This document shows, in pieces, positions 24,467 to 35,273 of a DNA stretch of 64,000 nt; positions within the stretch are counted from its first letter, which is position 1; every line of letters begins with the position of its first letter. Source of the DNA: an uncultured Chitinophagales bacterium (GTDB taxonomy: Bacteria; Bacteroidota; Ignavibacteria; UBA10030; UBA6906); contig CAZBWR010000010.1 of NCBI GenBank assembly GCA_964495695.1, positions 4,000-67,999 of the forward strand, written 5' to 3'. The notes beneath the pieces are model-generated. The model was not told where the DNA came from and did no database searches. It saw nothing but the letters and a program-made list of their open reading frames with translations. A program made the position numbers and the translations under genes.

Positions 24467-25951
24467 CTATTTTGTCCGGACGATTTCAATGCGCCGGTTG
24501 GCCTCACGTCCTTCTTCCGTTGTGTTGGGTGCAATCGGATTATCAGGTCCGAGACCTTTGATCGTCATACGACCTGATGCGATGCCTCTTTGTTCAAGCC
24601 AGGCTTTGACGGCCGCGGCTCTCTCTGTCGATAGGCGGATGTTGTCTCTTGCACTCCCTCGATTGTCCGTATACCCCCGAATCTCCATCTCGACACCCGG
24701 ATGCTTTGTCAGAAGTTGCAGTAACTTCACCATCGTCTCGTCCGACCTTGAACTGATTGCAATGCGACCCGATTCGAAAATAATCTTCCCCAGCACAAAC
24801 TGCTCGCCAACCCCCGGCAGAATTTGGTCAGCCGGCTTCTCAGGGATATCGTCAAGTGGATTCAAAGGATTTGTGTTTCTTCGAACCTCCTCGCCGTCGT
24901 TCACTCCCCCGCCATCCGTGTCAGCCACAAGCGGATTGGTTTTGTAGCCGAACAGTTCATTTGAATCCGTCAGACCGTCTCCGTCGGTATCGGGATTGAG
25001 CGGATCTGTTTTGTACACAAGGATCTCCTCGCCATCGCTGAGTCCATCCTTATCAGTATCATGTTTCAGCGGATCGGTATTGTGGATTATCACCTCATCG
25101 CCATCCGAAAGCCCGTCTTTGTCGGTATCAGCTCGCGTCGGGTCTGTCCGGTATTTCCACACTTCATCGCCATCCGAAAGCCCGTCTCCGTCGGTATCCT
25201 TGATCGCTGGATCAGTCTTGTAGACAAACAACTCATCGCCGTCCGTCAATCCGTCGCCATCCGTATCCGGGTTGTTTGGATCAAGTCCCAGCTCCCTCTC
25301 CCGGCCGTTGCTGACACCGTCGTTATCGTCGTCGTCATCATCATTGGAGCCGAAGTACATCACAGCACCGATCTTCACCGTTGAATATCCATCCGGTGAT
25401 CCGGAGGAGAAGCGATCGGTATTCCCGCTCAGGAACCGGTATCCCAACTCTAACGAGACTGAGAGATTTCTCTCAAGAAATGTCTCGAACCCGACGCCAA
25501 TGGGAAAATTAGATGAACTCTCGGAGCCCTCTCCCTTGAAGGGAACACCCGATCCATCTTTCACGCTGTACGTTGCTATCCCTGCTCCACCGTAGATATA
25601 CGGAGCGAAGATCTTTCCCGGAGCGAGATGCAGCCAGATGAGTGCAAGGAACGAAGTGGAAGAAGCGGACAGATAGTCGACCGGAAAGTCCGGCGGGTTC
25701 AGAGGAAACTGACCCGCCTTGAGTGCTTCATGGTTGAGAACAAGGCCGGCACTGACGTTTTTGGAGAGGCCATAGCGTCCGGCGGCTTCGAAACCGATTC
25801 CGACCTTCCGGTCATTCATATCATTGACCCAAAGGTTCGGCCCGATTCGAAACGCTGCGGAGTATTTATCAGCAATGTGTTGCGAACCCGCAAAGGGCGG
25901 AAGTGTCAACCAACCAATACACATCCCCATCAGAATTATCCGCAAGAACAC
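24467..25951 (-). CDS. OmpA-family outer-membrane protein with N-terminal beta-barrel, six TSP3 repeats and C-terminal OmpA peptidoglycan-binding domain
   Basis: C-terminal 'RGYTDNRGSARDNIRLSTERAAAVKAWL...NRRIEIV', with central 23-aa TSP3 repeats. Confidence 0.85.
   Translation of the reverse strand: MFLRIILMGMCIGWLTLPPFAGSQHIADKYSAAFRIGPNLWVNDMNDRKVGIGFEAAGRYGLSKNVSAGLVLNHEALKAGQFPLNPPDFPVDYLSASSTSFLALIWLHLAPGKIFAPYIYGGAGIATYSVKDGSGVPFKGEGSESSSNFPIGVGFETFLERNLSVSLELGYRFLSGNTDRFSSGSPDGYSTVKIGAVMYFGSNDDDDDDNDGVSNGRERELGLDPNNPDTDGDGLTDGDELFVYKTDPAIKDTDGDGLSDGDEVWKYRTDPTRADTDKDGLSDGDEVIIHNTDPLKHDTDKDGLSDGEEILVYKTDPLNPDTDGDGLTDSNELFGYKTNPLVADTDGGGVNDGEEVRRNTNPLNPLDDIPEKPADQILPGVGEQFVLGKIIFESGRIAISSRSDETMVKLLQLLTKHPGVEMEIRGYTDNRGSARDNIRLSTERAAAVKAWLEQRGIASGRMTIKGLGPDNPIAPNTTEEGREANRRIEIVRTK
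24854..25345 (-). repeat. Tandem 69-nt (23-aa) TSP3-repeat coding array, about 6 units
   Basis: 'DPNNPDTDGDGLTDGDELFVYKT / DPAIKDTDGDGLSDGDEVWKYRT / DPTRADTDKDGLSDGDEVIIHNT / DPLKHDTDKDGLSDGEEILVYKT / DPLNPDTDGDGLTDSNELFGYKT / NPLVADTDGGGVNDGEEVRRNT'. Confidence 0.8.
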
Positions 25952-25976
25952 TTCGCGCCTCTTCGCAACAAGTCAG

Positions 25977-28088
25977 TTATTTCGGCTCAGCAACCTTCTG
26001 CTCACCGTCCTGAGTCATAAGGACCTTCCGGCTGAGTTTCCAGCGGCCCTGATCATCCTTATCGACAATTTTTACATCGAACACATCACCTACCTTGACA
26101 ACGTCGGACGGCTTGTTAACACGCTTTACATCCAATTGCGACACGTGGACAAGGGCTTCCTTTCCGGGAAGGAACTCTACGAATGCGCCGAAGTCCGTCA
26201 CCTTCTTCACAGTTGCACGGTAGACCTTGCCAATCTCCGGAATTTCCGTCACACGATTGATGGCATTGATTGCCTTGTCTGCGGACTCTTTCGAAGTTGC
26301 CGCGACGACAACCGTGCCGTCATCTTCGATGTTAATTTCAGCGCCGCTATCCTTAACGATCTGGCGGATGTTCTTTCCACCGGGTCCGATCACTGCTCCG
26401 ATCATATCGACAGGTATTTTCAAGGTTGTCAAGCGTGGAGCAAACGTCGAGAGAGTAGGCCGGGATGTGTCGAGCACCTCCGACATTTTCCCGAGAATGT
26501 GCATCCTTCCTTCGCGGGCCTGTTCAAGGGCATTTCTCATAATGTCGAGTGAGATGCCTGTGATCTTGATGTCCATTTGGAGCGCCGTAATGCCATCGGT
26601 TGTTCCTGCAACTTTGAAATCCATGTCGCCAAGATGATCCTCGTTTCCGAGAATATCACTAAGAATTGCAACACGGTCTCCCTCTTTGACAAGGCCCATA
26701 GCGATGCCGGCAACGGGACGCTTCAGGGGTACGCCGCCATCCATCAGAGCAAGAGAGCCGGCGCAGACTGTGGCCATCGACGACGAGCCGTTCGATTCGA
26801 GAATGTCGGAAACGATGCGTGTTGTGTACGGAAAGTCCGTTTCCGATGGCATGAGGTTCTTGAGCGAGCGCTCCGCCAGATTACCGTGACCAATTTCACG
26901 GCGTCCGGTTGTGCCCAGCCTGCCGACCTCACCGACAGAGAATGGCGGAAAGTTGTAGTGCAACATGAACCGTTTCGTCGCTTCCGGCATCAACCCATCA
27001 ATGATCTGCTCATCGAGCTTCGTTCCGAGCGTCAGCGTCGTAAGGCTCTGTGTTTCGCCGCGCTGGAACAAGGCCGACCCGTGTGTGCGGGGCAGTACTC
27101 CAACTTCGATGGTAATGGGACGGATGTCGGCCAGACCTCTGCCATCGAGACGCTTCTTAGCTCCGAGAATCATCTCGCGCATGGCCATGTATTCCATATG
27201 ATGAAGTATCTCGGAGATCTTCTTGCTCTGCTCGGGGAATCGTTCCGCAAGCGCGGTTTGGACTTCCTCGTACACTGCTGCAGTTTGCGCTGCACGGTCT
27301 TCCTTCAGCAACGGGGTGTTGGCAAGAACGGTGAGTTTGTCGCCCACCGCATCTTTAACGGCGGCTTCCAGTTCCGCATTAGACTCGCCCTCCTTTGGCG
27401 TTCGCTTCGCCTTCGAAAATTCCTTCAGCAATTCGTGTTGCAGCTTGCAAAGGAGTTTTATGTTCGCGTGTCCGAATTCGAGTGCCGCAAGCATATCGGC
27501 CTCGGAAATCTCATGCGACTCGCCCTCGACCATGACTATCGAATCATCCGTGCCGGCCACCGTCACATCGATATCGCTCGATTGGAGTTGTGTATAGGTC
27601 GGATTGATTATGAATTCACCATTAACACGGCCTACACGAACTTCGGCGACCGGGCCTTCGAACGGGATATCCGAAATGCATAGTGCTGCCGAGGCCGCAA
27701 CGGCACCGATGGTGTCCCCGTCATGCTCCTGGTCGGAGGAATATACGGTGACAATCACTTGCGTCTCGAACTTGAACCACTCGGGGAACATCGGCCGGAT
27801 AGGACGATCGATGAGGCGGGCCGAGAGGATCTCTTTCTCCGACGGCCTCGCTTCGCGCTTGAAAAACCCGCCGGGAATCTTGCCGGCCGATGCCGCCTTT
27901 TCGCGGTACTCGACCTGGAGCGGGAAGTAGTCAAACCCTTCCCTCAGTTCACGTGACGCCACGACGGTGGCGAGGACCATCGTGTCCCCGTAACGTGCCA
28001 TCACTGCCCCGTCGGCCTGTTTTGCAAAGCGTCCGGTTTCGAGTGAAAAGGTCTTTCCACCAATGGTGATTTCTTTTGATACTTTCAT
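25977..28088 (-). CDS. pnp: Polyribonucleotide nucleotidyltransferase (PNPase)
   Basis: 703 aa with two RNase PH domains, a KH domain ('[12 protein letters not shown]') and an S1 domain ('[20 protein letters not shown]'). Confidence 0.95.
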   Translation of the reverse strand: MKVSKEITIGGKTFSLETGRFAKQADGAVMARYGDTMVLATVVASRELREGFDYFPLQVEYREKAASAGKIPGGFFKREARPSEKEILSARLIDRPIRPMFPEWFKFETQVIVTVYSSDQEHDGDTIGAVAASAALCISDIPFEGPVAEVRVGRVNGEFIINPTYTQLQSSDIDVTVAGTDDSIVMVEGESHEISEADMLAALEFGHANIKLLCKLQHELLKEFSKAKRTPKEGESNAELEAAVKDAVGDKLTVLANTPLLKEDRAAQTAAVYEEVQTALAERFPEQSKKISEILHHMEYMAMREMILGAKKRLDGRGLADIRPITIEVGVLPRTHGSALFQRGETQSLTTLTLGTKLDEQIIDGLMPEATKRFMLHYNFPPFSVGEVGRLGTTGRREIGHGNLAERSLKNLMPSETDFPYTTRIVSDILESNGSSSMATVCAGSLALMDGGVPLKRPVAGIAMGLVKEGDRVAILSDILGNEDHLGDMDFKVAGTTDGITALQMDIKITGISLDIMRNALEQAREGRMHILGKMSEVLDTSRPTLSTFAPRLTTLKIPVDMIGAVIGPGGKNIRQIVKDSGAEINIEDDGTVVVAATSKESADKAINAINRVTEIPEIGKVYRATVKKVTDFGAFVEFLPGKEALVHVSQLDVKRVNKPSDVVKVGDVFDVKIVDKDDQGRWKLSRKVLMTQDGEQKVAEPK

Positions 28089-28124
28089 ACGGTATGATGC
28101 TTTCAGCGAAATGAGAAAAAGCGT

Positions 28125-28394
28125 TTACTTGCGAATCTGTAAATCAACGATCAACTTGCGGTAGCGCTCGATATCTTTTTCCTGCAGGTAGTCCAGCAGC
28201 CGGCGACGCTTCCCGACCATGCGGAGCAATCCAACCCGCGAGTGATGATCCTTCTTGAATTTATCGAAATGAGGCGTAAGATCATTGATGCGGGCCGTCA
28301 GCAGGGCGATCTGCACCTCCGGGGTGCCGGTATCCTGCGGTGTCTTGCCGTATTTCTTGATGATCTCGGCCTTCTGTTCCTTCGTTAATGCCAT
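28125..28394 (-). CDS. rpsO: 30S ribosomal protein S15
   Basis: 89 aa with '[35 protein letters not shown]'-type sequence. Confidence 0.95.
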   Translation of the reverse strand: MALTKEQKAEIIKKYGKTPQDTGTPEVQIALLTARINDLTPHFDKFKKDHHSRVGLLRMVGKRRRLLDYLQEKDIERYRKLIVDLQIRK

Positions 28395-28431
28395 GGAGTA
28401 ACTCCTGAGAATTGATGTGTTGTTGTTAATG

Positions 28432-29373
28432 TCAATGTTGAATTTCCGATATCATTCGCAGCGAATGCTCCTTATCACTCCGGAGCTGGCGAACCAACTC
28501 CTCCACTGACGCGAAGCGCTGCTCATCGCGCAATTTCCGCAGGAACGTCACGGTCACCTGCTTCCCGTAAATGTCGCCGCCAAATTCAAGGAGGTGGACT
28601 TCAAGCGATTCTACTGTTCCGTCTGTCATAGTCGGCCGTATACCGATGTTCATCATCCCGAAGTGACTCTTGCCGTCGATTTCAACAGATACCAAGTACA
28701 CTCCTCGCCCGGGGATGAGCTTCCTCTTTGAGGTCGCTTCAATGTTTGCTGTCGGAAAACCGATTGTCTTTCCGCGACCATCCCCGTGGACAATCACGCC
28801 GGTCAGCGAGTATTCATAGCCCAGCAGTGCTGTGGCTTGCTGCAAATCCCCACCCTTGAGTGCGTTGCGGATTCTTGTACTGCTCACCACCGTATCCCCG
28901 ACATTATATGGGTGCAACGCAAACACCGAGAAGTCATACGTGTTGCCCAGCGCCCGCAAAGCGTCAATACTCCCCTCCCTGTTTCTTCCAAACATGTGGT
29001 CGTACCCCACAACTACTTCCGTCACCCCTACACCTTCAACCAGATACCATTTGTAGAAGTCTTCGGATCCGAGGCGCGAGAACTCGAATGTGAACTCGAT
29101 GATGAACAACACATCGACGTTCAAACGCTCAAACAAGCGAATCCGTTCATCAATGGTTGTCAACAATTCGACAGGACCTTTTTGCGAAGCGACCACTTCC
29201 TTCGGATGGGGCTCAAATGTCACCACCACGCTCCGTCCTCCAAGCTTCTCCGCCCTCTCAACGACCTCACGGACAATTTCCTGATGCGCTCTGTGAACGC
29301 CGTCAAACGTGCCTACAGTTACAATCGAATTCTTGACGTGTTGTACTTCCTGCAAAGAACGAGCGACAATCAT
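28432..29373 (-). CDS. ribF: Bifunctional riboflavin kinase / FAD synthetase
   Basis: '[14 protein letters not shown]' (FADS) and '[15 protein letters not shown]' (RFK). Confidence 0.9.
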   Translation of the reverse strand: MIVARSLQEVQHVKNSIVTVGTFDGVHRAHQEIVREVVERAEKLGGRSVVVTFEPHPKEVVASQKGPVELLTTIDERIRLFERLNVDVLFIIEFTFEFSRLGSEDFYKWYLVEGVGVTEVVVGYDHMFGRNREGSIDALRALGNTYDFSVFALHPYNVGDTVVSSTRIRNALKGGDLQQATALLGYEYSLTGVIVHGDGRGKTIGFPTANIEATSKRKLIPGRGVYLVSVEIDGKSHFGMMNIGIRPTMTDGTVESLEVHLLEFGGDIYGKQVTVTFLRKLRDEQRFASVEELVRQLRSDKEHSLRMISEIQH

Positions 29374-30089
29374 GCCTCATGTCTCTCACGAGTTTGTCCC
29401 ATTTGCATCAACTCGCCGATGCTCAGCGCCTCCCGGACACTGTACGGTCCTATCCGTGTTCGACGCAGGGTCAGGACATGCGCCCCGACACCGAGCCTTT
29501 GACCGATATCGTGCACGAGCGTCCTTATGTATGTTCCTTTCGAGCAAGACACACTCATCGTCACATCAGGGAGCCGTATGTCAGACACTGAAATATCGTA
29601 AACTCTGATGCTGCGCGGTCGCCGTTCAACTTCGAGGCCTTTCCGGGCATAGTTGTAAAGACGCTTCCCTTTGACTTTTGCCGCCGACCACATGGGCGGC
29701 AGCTGGCTCTGCTCTCCAACGAACTCCCGCACAACACGGAAAACGTCTTCGGCAGAGAGATGTTTCATACACTTTTTCTCGACAACATCAGATTCCGCAT
29801 CGTAGGTTTCCGTTGTTTCGCCCAAGCGGAACAATACCTCGTATTCTTTGCTCAACTCTTGAAACGATGAGAGTTCCTTGGTCTTGCGGCCTGTGCAAAC
29901 TATCAACAGACCAGTGGCAAGCCTGTCAAGCGTCCCGGCGTGGCCAATCTTTTTGATGTGGAAGATGCCACGCATCTTGTTGACAACGTCGAACGACGAC
30001 CACTCTGCCGGCTTGTCCACAAGGAACATCCGTCCCTCAGGAACTGCCGGTTCACGACGTACTCCCGGTGTTTTTGTCATCGTTTTCAT
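29370..30089 (-). CDS. truB: tRNA pseudouridine(55) synthase
   Basis: 'LVDKPAEWSSFDVV' and 'IGHAGTLDRLATGLL' (catalytic Asp motif). The start is uncertain: ATG 30089 overlaps rbfA, and ATG 30029 is an alternative. Confidence 0.9.
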   Translation of the reverse strand: MKTMTKTPGVRREPAVPEGRMFLVDKPAEWSSFDVVNKMRGIFHIKKIGHAGTLDRLATGLLIVCTGRKTKELSSFQELSKEYEVLFRLGETTETYDAESDVVEKKCMKHLSAEDVFRVVREFVGEQSQLPPMWSAAKVKGKRLYNYARKGLEVERRPRSIRVYDISVSDIRLPDVTMSVSCSKGTYIRTLVHDIGQRLGVGAHVLTLRRTRIGPYSVREALSIGELMQMGQTRERHEA

Positions 30090-30420
30090 GAATCTTGTTT
30101 ATCAGCCTGTTGATCTTGTCGACCTGATCCATGGTCGTGTCATGGTAGAATTGCAGGGCCGGGGCAAATTTCAACCGGACCCGGCCTGCGACAAGACCCC
30201 GTATATGGTGTTTCTGCTCTTCGAGCATTTCCATTGTGCTCTGCTGCTTCTGCTCGTCCCCGAAAATGCTGAAATACACCTTAGCAATTTTCAGATCGGC
30301 GGACACCCTCACTTCAGTCACCGTGATAAAGCCGTATTCAGGGCTGCTATAATCACGTGTGAGTATTGAGCCGATTTCGTGTTTTATCAGCGAAGCTACC
30401 CGTTCGGTGCGTATGGACAT
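30052..30420 (-). CDS. rbfA: Ribosome-binding factor A
   Basis: 122 aa with 'RTERVASLIKHEIGSIL...ITVTEVRVSADLKIAKVYFS'. Confidence 0.9.
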   Translation of the reverse strand: MSIRTERVASLIKHEIGSILTRDYSSPEYGFITVTEVRVSADLKIAKVYFSIFGDEQKQQSTMEMLEEQKHHIRGLVAGRVRLKFAPALQFYHDTTMDQVDKINRLINKIHENDDKNTGSTS

Positions 30421-33125
30421 TACAGTTTCCGTTTCGTCTCGACAATCTTGAATGCTTCAATCGTATCGCCGACCTTGATGTCGTTAAAGCCTTCAAGACC
30501 GATACCGCACTCGAAGCCGGATTCCACTTCCCGCACATCCTCTTTGAATCTCTTGAGAGACGAAATAGTCCCTTCGAAGATCTGGATTCCATCACGGATC
30601 AGGCGGACCCTGTTATTTCGGGTAATCTTGCCATCCTGCACATAACAACCGGCGATATTCCCGACTTTCGGAACTTTGAACACCTCCCGCACATCGACGG
30701 TTGCAGTAATCTCTTCCTTCGTGTCCGGAGCGAGAAGTCCTTCAAGTGCCTGTCGGACATTCCCGATCGCATCATATATGATGTTATACGTGCGAATGTC
30801 AACCTGTTCCTTCTCGGCCAGACGACGTGCATTCAGATTCGGCCGGACACGGAAGCCGATAATAACGGCACCCGATGCTGCGGCAAGAATGATATCCGAT
30901 TCGGAGATCGTTCCGACACCTTTGTGAATCACATTGACCTTCACTTCCTTGTGGTCAATTTTCATCAACGAGTCGGACAAGGCTTCAACCGAACCATCCA
31001 CGTCACCTTTGACGATAACGTTGAGTTCCTTGACCTGACCTTCTTTGATTTGCTGCGAAATGTCATCAAGTGTTCGGAGACGGGTCTGCCGGAAATCCTG
31101 CTCACGCTTCAACTGCTGGCGTTTAAGACTGACTTCACGTGCAGTGCGATCCGAGTCCGTTACGACGAATGTATCACCGGCCTGCGGGAAGCCGTCAAGA
31201 CCTGTAAGCTGAACCGGCGTAGAAGGTCCCCCCTCCTCGACACGATTACCACGCTCATCAAACATTGCCCGTACCTTGCCGGAATAGATACCGGCGACAA
31301 ACGGGTCGCCCACACGCAGCGTCCCTTTCTGAACAAGAACAGTTGCGGTGATACCCTTACCTTTGTCCAACTGCGCCTCAATAATGGTCCCGCGGGCCAG
31401 CCTCTCAGGGTTCGCCTTGAGATCAAGCACATCGGCTTCGAGGGCAATCTTTTCGAGCAGCACATCAACGCCGTTGCCCGACCGTGCGGATAGCTCGACA
31501 GACTGGTATTTGCCTCCCCATTCTTCGACGAGGACATTTTTTTCAGAGAGCTGCTGACGGATGCGGTCAGGATTCGCCTCAGGCTTGTCGACCTTGTTAA
31601 TGGCGATGATGATCGGAACACCTGCCGCCTGCGCGTGGCTGATAGCCTCGAGGGTCTGCGGCATGACGCTGTCGTCTGCTGCAACGACGAGTACAACAAT
31701 ATCCGTCACCTTTGCGCCGCGTGCACGCATTGCGGTAAATGCCTCGTGACCCGGTGTGTCAAGGAACGTAATCCGGCTGCCGGACTGGGTTGTGACTTCA
31801 TATGCACCGATATGCTGCGTGATGCCACCAGCCTCTCCTGCTACGACATTTGCACGACGGATATAGTCGAGCAGTGATGTCTTTCCGTGGTCAACGTGTC
31901 CCATGATCGTTACGACGGGGGGACGACGAACAAGGGTCTCTTCCGGATCGTCTATATCCTCGAGGGCTTCTTCGTCAGTTACTTCTTCGTAGAATGCAAT
32001 CTCGAAGCCGAACTCGTCTGCAACGAGCGTAATTGTATCCTTATCAAGGCGCTGGTTGATCGACACCATGATCCCCAGTTCCATGCACTTTTTGATGACT
32101 TCGGCGACATTGACCTGCATCAGATTGGCAAGGTCATTCACAGAAAGGAATTCCGTAACGCGCAGCTTGCCTGCGTCTCGTTGCGCCTCTTCCTGGAGCC
32201 GGGCTTCTTCCTCCTCGCGTTCTTTTCTCTTGCGCTTCTTGAATGATGCCCTGCTCACAAGCGGAGCGTCGTCCATTGCTGCGTAGGTACGGCGAATTGC
32301 CTGCGCCACCTCTTCGTGGTCGACTTCCTTTGTTCGGAGCTTTTTCTTCTTCTTTCGCTTGCGATCGAGCGGGTCAACTTCGACTACTGGCTCGGTTGTT
32401 TCCGGGCCGCGAACCTTTTTCTTCTTTTTCTTTTTCTTGTGAATATCTTCGGCGTCCGAGTCGCCGGGAGGCGCAGATGAAGGCTTCTGTACAGCCGGTG
32501 CGGGTTTCGCCTTGGTGCTTTTGCGAGCCTGCACGGATTTCAGGTCGATTTTTCCCTTTACCGTCAAGCCAACCTTCTGACGGCGCTCTTTCTCCAAGGG
32601 CGAGACGTACTCTTCCTTCTTGCTCTTTTCGGCGAGTTCTTCCTCCTCAACTGATGTTTTGTCGGCAGGGATCTCCTCTTCAACAGACGCTTCCTGAACC
32701 GCCTGTTCTACGTCTGATACTTCCGGCTTCATTTCTGCGACCGGTTCAGCTAAAGGCTCGGGCTCAGACTGCACAACAGGCTCCGGCTCTGGCTCTGCCT
32801 TCTCTTCAACAATAGGCTGCGGAGGCTCGACAGGAGTTTCCACCGCCGGAGAGTGTTCCTCTACTACGGTTTCTTCCGCTTTCTTCTCGGCCTTCTTTTT
32901 GCTCTCTTTGATCTCAGCAATCTTGCGCTGGTGCTTTTCGGCGACGTCCTTTTCCTTCTTGAAATGGACAAGAATGTCACGCATCATTTCTTCATCAACG
33001 CTCGACATGTGACTCTTTACCGTGTAGCCTTTCTTTTTCAGAAAGTCGACAAGCGTCTCATGCGAGAGATTCAATTCAGTCGCTACTTTGTAGATCTTCT
33101 TTTTCTTTTCTGCTGTTTCAGCCAT
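30420..33125 (-). CDS. infB: Translation initiation factor IF-2
   Basis: 901 aa. G-domain motifs '[12 protein letters not shown]', 'DTPGHEAF' and 'NKVD'. The N-terminal linker is Lys/Glu-rich. Confidence 0.95.
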   Translation of the reverse strand: MAETAEKKKKIYKVATELNLSHETLVDFLKKKGYTVKSHMSSVDEEMMRDILVHFKKEKDVAEKHQRKIAEIKESKKKAEKKAEETVVEEHSPAVETPVEPPQPIVEEKAEPEPEPVVQSEPEPLAEPVAEMKPEVSDVEQAVQEASVEEEIPADKTSVEEEELAEKSKKEEYVSPLEKERRQKVGLTVKGKIDLKSVQARKSTKAKPAPAVQKPSSAPPGDSDAEDIHKKKKKKKKVRGPETTEPVVEVDPLDRKRKKKKKLRTKEVDHEEVAQAIRRTYAAMDDAPLVSRASFKKRKRKEREEEEARLQEEAQRDAGKLRVTEFLSVNDLANLMQVNVAEVIKKCMELGIMVSINQRLDKDTITLVADEFGFEIAFYEEVTDEEALEDIDDPEETLVRRPPVVTIMGHVDHGKTSLLDYIRRANVVAGEAGGITQHIGAYEVTTQSGSRITFLDTPGHEAFTAMRARGAKVTDIVVLVVAADDSVMPQTLEAISHAQAAGVPIIIAINKVDKPEANPDRIRQQLSEKNVLVEEWGGKYQSVELSARSGNGVDVLLEKIALEADVLDLKANPERLARGTIIEAQLDKGKGITATVLVQKGTLRVGDPFVAGIYSGKVRAMFDERGNRVEEGGPSTPVQLTGLDGFPQAGDTFVVTDSDRTAREVSLKRQQLKREQDFRQTRLRTLDDISQQIKEGQVKELNVIVKGDVDGSVEALSDSLMKIDHKEVKVNVIHKGVGTISESDIILAAASGAVIIGFRVRPNLNARRLAEKEQVDIRTYNIIYDAIGNVRQALEGLLAPDTKEEITATVDVREVFKVPKVGNIAGCYVQDGKITRNNRVRLIRDGIQIFEGTISSLKRFKEDVREVESGFECGIGLEGFNDIKVGDTIEAFKIVETKRKL

Positions 33126-33170
33126 TCTATCCCTTTGTTCAGAGAATCACGGATTCGGATTTCAGTGAAG

Positions 33171-34559
33171 CTATTTCTGTTCCGGTGACTCCTCTTCTGT
33201 GGGTTGGTGCGCCGATTCGGATTCGTCCTTCACAGCGGGCTCTTCTTTTTCCGCTGGTTCTGAGTTTTCCTCACCAGATTCACTTGCCTCCACCTCTTCC
33301 TCTTCCTCTTCCTCTTCTTCGACTTCAGCCTCTTCAAGATCCTGCTGCATCTGAGCCCGCAACTCTGCAATTTTCTCCTCTGTCAACCCCTCAATCTCAA
33401 GAAGAGTATCAAGCTTGGCCGTGAGCACTTCTTTCGCGCTCGTAATGTGGCGATCCATCAGAGCCTTGTACAATTCTTCACCAAGTTCGTCCTTAAACTC
33501 CTCGAGCTCGATATCGTACTCATCGTCGCCGCCCTCCTTGATCAAGTTGATTTCGAAACCTGTCAGTTTCGAAGCGAGACGAATGTTCTGGCCGTTGCGG
33601 CCGATGGCAAGCGAAACCTGATCCGCGGCAACGACGACGTTTGCAGTCTTCCCGGCATCATCAATTTCAATACTCTTGAGCTTTGCCGGAGCCAATGCCC
33701 GTTGGATAAAGACAAGCGGTTGATCACTGTAGTTGATGACATCGATATTCTCGTTATTCAACTCGCGGACAATCGTGTGAATACGAACACCCTTCATCCC
33801 TACACAGGCTCCGACGGCGTCTATCCGGTCATCATGAGATTCAACGGCAACTTTTGCGCGCTCGCCGGGCTCGCGGGCGATGCGCTTGATCTCAATAATG
33901 CCGTCGTATATCTCGGGAATCTCCATCTCGAACAGCTTGAGGAGGAACTGCGAGTCTGCTCTGGAGACAATTACCAACGGATTACCCGAGTTCTTGCGGA
34001 CTTCCTTAATGACGGCACGAATGCTGTCGCCTTTCTTGTAGCGCTCCTTGAAAATCTGTTCATTCTTTGGCAGGAGCAATTCATTCTTATTGTGGTTAAT
34101 GAGAATCTCATTCCGGCGGATCTGGTAGATCTCCCCCACCACAATATCGCCGATGGCGTTGCTATATTCGTTGTAGATATTCTCCCGCTCGATTTCCTTG
34201 ATGCGTTGGTTCAGATTTTGTTTGGCACTGACCACCAACCGTCGTCCGAAAGATGCCAGCGGAACAACTTCGACATACTCTTCACCGACTTCCAGATCGT
34301 CCTCTCCTGAGAGCTCCTTGGCGGTCTCAAGATCGATTTGCGTGGAGGGGTTTTCCACCTGCTCGACAATCTCTCTTTCCAAAAAGATCTCGATATCTCC
34401 CTTCTCCATGTTCACGATAACTTCAAACTTTGCATCGGGCCCGTATTTCTTTTTTACCATCATCGCAAAGACCTCCTGCACGATATTCAGGAGCATGTCC
34501 TTGTCGATGCCCTTTTCCCGAACCATCGAACCAAACGATTCGACAATCTCTGAGTTCAT
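33171..34559 (-). CDS. nusA: Transcription termination/antitermination factor NusA (with acidic C-terminal tail)
   Basis: S1 plus two KH domains ('VGACVGMKGVRI', 'AIGRNGQNIRLA'). The start is set at ATG 34559 ('MNSEIVESF'); the ORF track extends 15 codons further. Confidence 0.9.
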   Translation of the reverse strand: MNSEIVESFGSMVREKGIDKDMLLNIVQEVFAMMVKKKYGPDAKFEVIVNMEKGDIEIFLEREIVEQVENPSTQIDLETAKELSGEDDLEVGEEYVEVVPLASFGRRLVVSAKQNLNQRIKEIERENIYNEYSNAIGDIVVGEIYQIRRNEILINHNKNELLLPKNEQIFKERYKKGDSIRAVIKEVRKNSGNPLVIVSRADSQFLLKLFEMEIPEIYDGIIEIKRIAREPGERAKVAVESHDDRIDAVGACVGMKGVRIHTIVRELNNENIDVINYSDQPLVFIQRALAPAKLKSIEIDDAGKTANVVVAADQVSLAIGRNGQNIRLASKLTGFEINLIKEGGDDEYDIELEEFKDELGEELYKALMDRHITSAKEVLTAKLDTLLEIEGLTEEKIAELRAQMQQDLEEAEVEEEEEEEEEVEASESGEENSEPAEKEEPAVKDESESAHQPTEEESPEQK

Positions 34560-34584
34560 TACTTCCTCCGAATAAGAATTCTCT

Positions 34585-35052
34585 TTACCACGGCGCAAGC
34601 ACAATGGCTTCCGCTATGTCGGCAAACGCCAGCGTCTTCCGTTCTTCTGATTTGTCCAACACGAGCCTGATGTGCTGGTCCCCGGCCTCTTCCAACTTCC
34701 CGCGAATTTCCATTTGTGTTTCACCGGACGGCAGAAGCACTTTCAGTTTCCGTCCGATATGCTTCTTGTACTGCCACGGATACTTTAGCGGCCTGTCGAT
34801 ACCCGGTGATGAAACCACAAGATCATACGAGCCTTTCATGATATCGAGCGTATCCAAGTGTTGGGCAAGTTCTCTGCTGACCGCAGAACACAGGTCACTG
34901 GTAACTCCCTCCTCCGCATCGATAAAAACTCGAATGCTCGACCTGCCCCGATGGGTACCCACGGAAACATCGATAACGTGAGCCGCATGCGGTGCTGCAG
35001 AAGCCTCGGCCAGTTCTGCCAATCTCTGATGCAAAATCTGGACTTGCCCCAT
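34585..35052 (-). CDS. rimP: Ribosome maturation factor RimP
   Basis: 155 aa in the position upstream of nusA, with 'LVVSSPGIDRPL'. Confidence 0.85.
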   Translation of the reverse strand: MGQVQILHQRLAELAEASAAPHAAHVIDVSVGTHRGRSSIRVFIDAEEGVTSDLCSAVSRELAQHLDTLDIMKGSYDLVVSSPGIDRPLKYPWQYKKHIGRKLKVLLPSGETQMEIRGKLEEAGDQHIRLVLDKSEERKTLAFADIAEAIVLAPW

Positions 35053-35075
35053 TTGATTGAAATTCTGTTTGAACC

Positions 35076-35101
35076 AAATAAAAATAGCCCGTTCCGGGCT
35101 A
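35076..35101 (-). terminator. Rho-independent terminator after the thioesterase gene
   Basis: On the minus strand, a 7-bp stem TAGCCCG-GAA-CGGGCTA is followed by TTTTTATTT. Confidence 0.7.
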
Positions 35102-35273
35102 CTTTCAAGACGTCACAAGATAACCATATGACCCTTGATAAGCAAGGGCTTATCAAACTCGCTTCCACATAGAGAGAAGCGGCCTTAAGTAATTGACTAT
35201 AAATACGTTAACGAACTCGTTGAACTCACACCCTCATATCAGGGGTCCAGAGGTGATTCAATACCGATTCCGC

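Noticed and set aside
26577-27683. 368-aa plus-strand ORF antisense to pnp. Neighbouring antisense ORFs lie at 25824-26552 and 27223-27930.
   Set aside because: This is the same codon-in-phase antisense artefact (26577 and 25977 are both = 0 mod 3). PNPase on the minus strand is unambiguous.
30366-31493. 375-aa plus-strand ORF lying entirely inside infB, on the opposite strand.
   Set aside because: Its codons are in phase with the infB codons (both sets start at coordinates = 0 mod 3). In that register an antisense stop can arise only where the sense strand uses TTA, CTA or TCA, which this genome evidently avoids. The translated product is low-complexity, with no start context and no recognisable domains.
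32380-32460. A/G-rich homopolymer-like DNA (AAGAAGAAA... runs) in infB and the GAA/GAG run in nusA (~33290-33330), considered as possible simple-sequence contingency loci.
   Set aside because: Both are in-frame codings of poly-Lys and poly-Glu linkers typical of IF-2 N-termini and acidic NusA tails. There is no frame disruption and no intergenic location.
33447-34310. 287-aa plus-strand ORF antisense to nusA. Similar cases are 19952-20677 opposite cytochrome b and 49555-50475 opposite DUF362.
   Set aside because: All three share the codon phase of the real gene on the other strand (0/0, 2/2 and 1/1 mod 3). This systematic pattern is explained by sense-strand codon usage, not by overlapping genes.
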